A stretch of 64,000 bases of DNA. It comes from the human T2T-CHM13v2.0 reference genome, Homo sapiens. Location: assembly GCF_009914755.1 (NCBI RefSeq), contig NC_060935.1. One strand, written 5' to 3'. Below are positions 61,263 through 64,000 of the stretch, piece by piece; within the stretch, counting starts at the first letter, position 1; each line of letters opens with the position of its first letter. Made by a program: the position numbers and the translations under genes. The notes beneath the pieces are model-generated. The model was not told where the DNA came from and did no database searches. It saw only the letters and a program-made list of their open reading frames with translations.

Positions 61263-64000
61263 TTAACTTTTTAAAAAAACTGACTCCAGGGAAAGGACAT
61301 TATTATATTACCAATAGCTGATTTTTTTTTCCATTCTGGGACCTAAAATGCTTACAGGTACTAGCAGTACATGTCGGATAGCAAAGACTTTTCCTTTCAG
61401 ACCCAACTAAATGATCTCCTTTCTGCCTTTGATACTCTTTTCCTTCTTTGTCTTTCATCCTTGCCTGTCACCTCACAGATGGATTCTTCCTCATTTCTCT
61501 TGCCTCACTTGCCCAGGTTTATTGACTAGCGTCAGTTTAAGGAGCTGGACTTCCTGGGACCTCCTTGGCATCTTGTAGGGTGATTGGAGTGGCCTGAGTA
61601 CTCAGCTCTTCAGAGGTCAGGTGACCCACTTTCTTTGGTTAATGAAATGTTACTGTCTCCAGGTTAGTAGCTGTCATGAACAGGAAAGGTGGCAAAATGG
61701 AAGACCAGTTCTATTGTTCTTTTTGTTTAGGGGATTCGTTTTTTATCTTGTAATCTTAAGATTTCCTCTCCCCTCAACTTTACAGCAGCCTTAGGCCACC
61801 TGCCGTATTTTTCAGTATCCCCTGCAAATTTAGAAATTGAAAATGAGTGTAAAGCATATTGTTTCTTTTCCAAAATCCTTTGAAGCCAAAGGAGTAAAGA
61901 AAGAAAAAAGGAAGGGGTGAGGAGGGGGCTTAACTGCTTCCCAGTAAAGACCCTGGAAAGCCCACTCTTGCAGGAGGATAAGTGTTTTGGAGAGTTGTGC
62001 ATGGGAGCGAGCGCCTCAGTGTTACTCTTTCTTGTTCAGGATCAGTCAGAAAGCAACACAAGTGTTGGCGACCCCTGTTCTCCCTTCTCCCTCTGTCCAC
62101 TGGCCTGCAATGATAAAAGACATGCAGACCAATGGGAAAGGCCCCAAATGCAGTGAGTGGAGAATGGGACAGTCATTTTTCAGGAGCAGAATTTAAAAAT
62201 ACAGATGTATAATACATATTTTTACAAGCAAGAAGCTGTTGTTAAGACTTTTTTTTACACTTAGAGTTTATAATTTTGGGGCAGGAAGGAAGTAACTGTA
62301 AAAAGAAAAACAAGTGCAAGTTTTCTTTAAAAAAATAATAGGCTGATGGGACTTGCTATCGAAGGGGTTGAGTTTTATGCCCTGGAAAGGGCTGGGAAAA
62401 AGCCAGTTTTTCCCAACATGGGTAGAAATTATAAAGCAAAATGTGGCATTTTCACTTCATGGTAGCAGTTCTGAAAGTTTATTTACACAGTAAGTTCCGA
62501 GCTAGAAGTGGACAGTCTCCAGTCTTCCTGTCAGACTCTGTAGTTATGGGGTGTTCCCAGTCAGCCAAAGCAGCACCAAGTGCAGTGGGAATGAAGAGAA
62601 CCCAGATAAAAAACTGACTCAGTATTCTTGTTTTATTGGTTTATGGCTTGTGGGCAGCTGGCTGAGGCCAGGAACACCAGAGGCCCTCCTTGTATTTCCC
62701 TCTCCCTTATCAGGTAATTCCACACTTAGCAGGTCCCATACCTGGAAGCAGCGGGTTGACCAGGTAGGAGTAGGATGCAGTGGGTATACTAGGAAAACCC
62801 AGCTCTTCCCACTAACACTGGTACCGTAGTTTACTATGCTAGAACTGATAGGGAGGTAATGAACTTGGTCCCCACTACCTAGCCCAAGAACCAGCCTGGG
62901 TACCCACGTACCATTAGGAGCGGGGAGGGGAAGAACAGGATAGGGGAAAAAGATGACCTTCATCAAGGAGCTCTTGTGGTGGAGGACATAAGGAAGCCCT
63001 GAGGCTGCCATCCTTTCTCCAGGCAGCCTTGATACTGAAGGCAGTAATGTTAGAGCCATAAAGCACTGTATTTCTCATACTCTTGGTATAATGCTAGTGC
63101 CACTGTGTGATGCTTTAGTCAAATAAATGGAGGGGCCATTAGAGAGGGTAGGAAGGCAATGAAACCACTCTGAATTATGTAAAGATCTTGCTACTTCTTA
63201 TAGCCTAATAGGAAGAAATCCAGGCAGGGGTTATAGGGCATCAGCTGTTGAATGAATGTTCAACATTATGCTTTTAAGGATTAGATAGAAGAGGTCTCCT
63301 ACCTATTCCTTTTAGCACCTTGGCTGCAAAGCTCCAGAGGAAGATTTGGGGGAAAGAGTGAGCCTATGACCAGGAAGACAGAGCCCAGCCCTGCTATAGT
63401 CCAGTTGCTCTCCCACAGGGCACCTGGAGCTTAGGGGGTTAGGATATTTCAGTGCTGCCTATCATATGTAGAATAAAGGGTGGTTCAGATAGAGACAATG
63501 AAATTAATATGGCAGAAATTCATGTGTTAAGTGGAACTTCTTAGTGGGCACTTCATTTAAGAGAGCTAAAAAAGAGCTCTTTGGCTAGATAAGCCCTTCC
63601 CATCTCACTTTTGGTCAGGCTGCAACCACAGAAAAGAAAACATTGAAAACAACACCCATCTTCTGAGATGGGATGCTATCTTGGAGATGAGGTCTAAAAC
63701 TAGGACTGGTGAGTGGTTGTGTTTCTGCCTTTCCTAGCTTTGATCCCACTATTCCCTGTCTTTGTACTCCCTCTCCTTCTCCTCTTTCCAGCCGCCCCCA
63801 TTTGTATAAATAGTCAATCTAGTTTTTTTTTTTAATTCAAGAGGCAATCTTTGCACCAATGTTAGGCTTGTTTATACAGTCCCTGTCTCTAAAGCAAATA
63901 GCAAACTGTGCATCCTCTCCTACTGACTTTGGCCAGCAGGGAAACAAGCTTGGTCTCTTCTCTGCCAGGGTACCACAGGGACACACGCCAAGGTAACCTG

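Noticed and set aside
61300-64000. BACE1-AS lncRNA
   Set aside because: It is known to overlap BACE1 coding exons, which lie beyond the right edge of this window.

Overview
Human (primate) genomic DNA, recognisable as the PCSK7-RNF214-BACE1 locus (11q23.3). Left, minus strand: the 5' part of PCSK7, with two non-coding exons and the first three coding exons (signal peptide, prodomain, RAKR site, catalytic Asp187 and His228). PCSK7 shares a bidirectional CpG-island promoter (~5.3-6.4 kb) with RNF214. RNF214 is complete on the plus strand: 14 coding exons that I joined at GT-AG sites to 2112 nt = 703 aa, with a coiled coil, a Pro-rich region and a C-terminal RING-H2. Its intron 6 is 34.5 kb and packed with repeats. 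Right, minus strand: the long 3' UTR of BACE1, converging on and probably overlapping the RNF214 3' UTR. No prokaryotic-type system is present. The most notable non-obvious items are: (1) a spliced PCSK7 uORF whose stop overlaps the main start (TGATG), mirrored by a possible TAATG arrangement in RNF214; (2) RNF214 exons 3-6, which would form an 852-nt stop-free circle with an internal ATG and are flanked by inverted Alus; (3) a sense-oriented SCARNA11-like H/ACA retrocopy inside an LTR in intron 6; (4) a template-switch scar making a 46-bp near-perfect palindrome between inverted Alus; (5) a young 5'-truncated SVA with a 15-bp TSD; (6) the sense-antisense RNF214/BACE1 3' UTR overlap covering a miR-124 seed site. 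Repeat subfamily names and boundaries are by eye and approximate.
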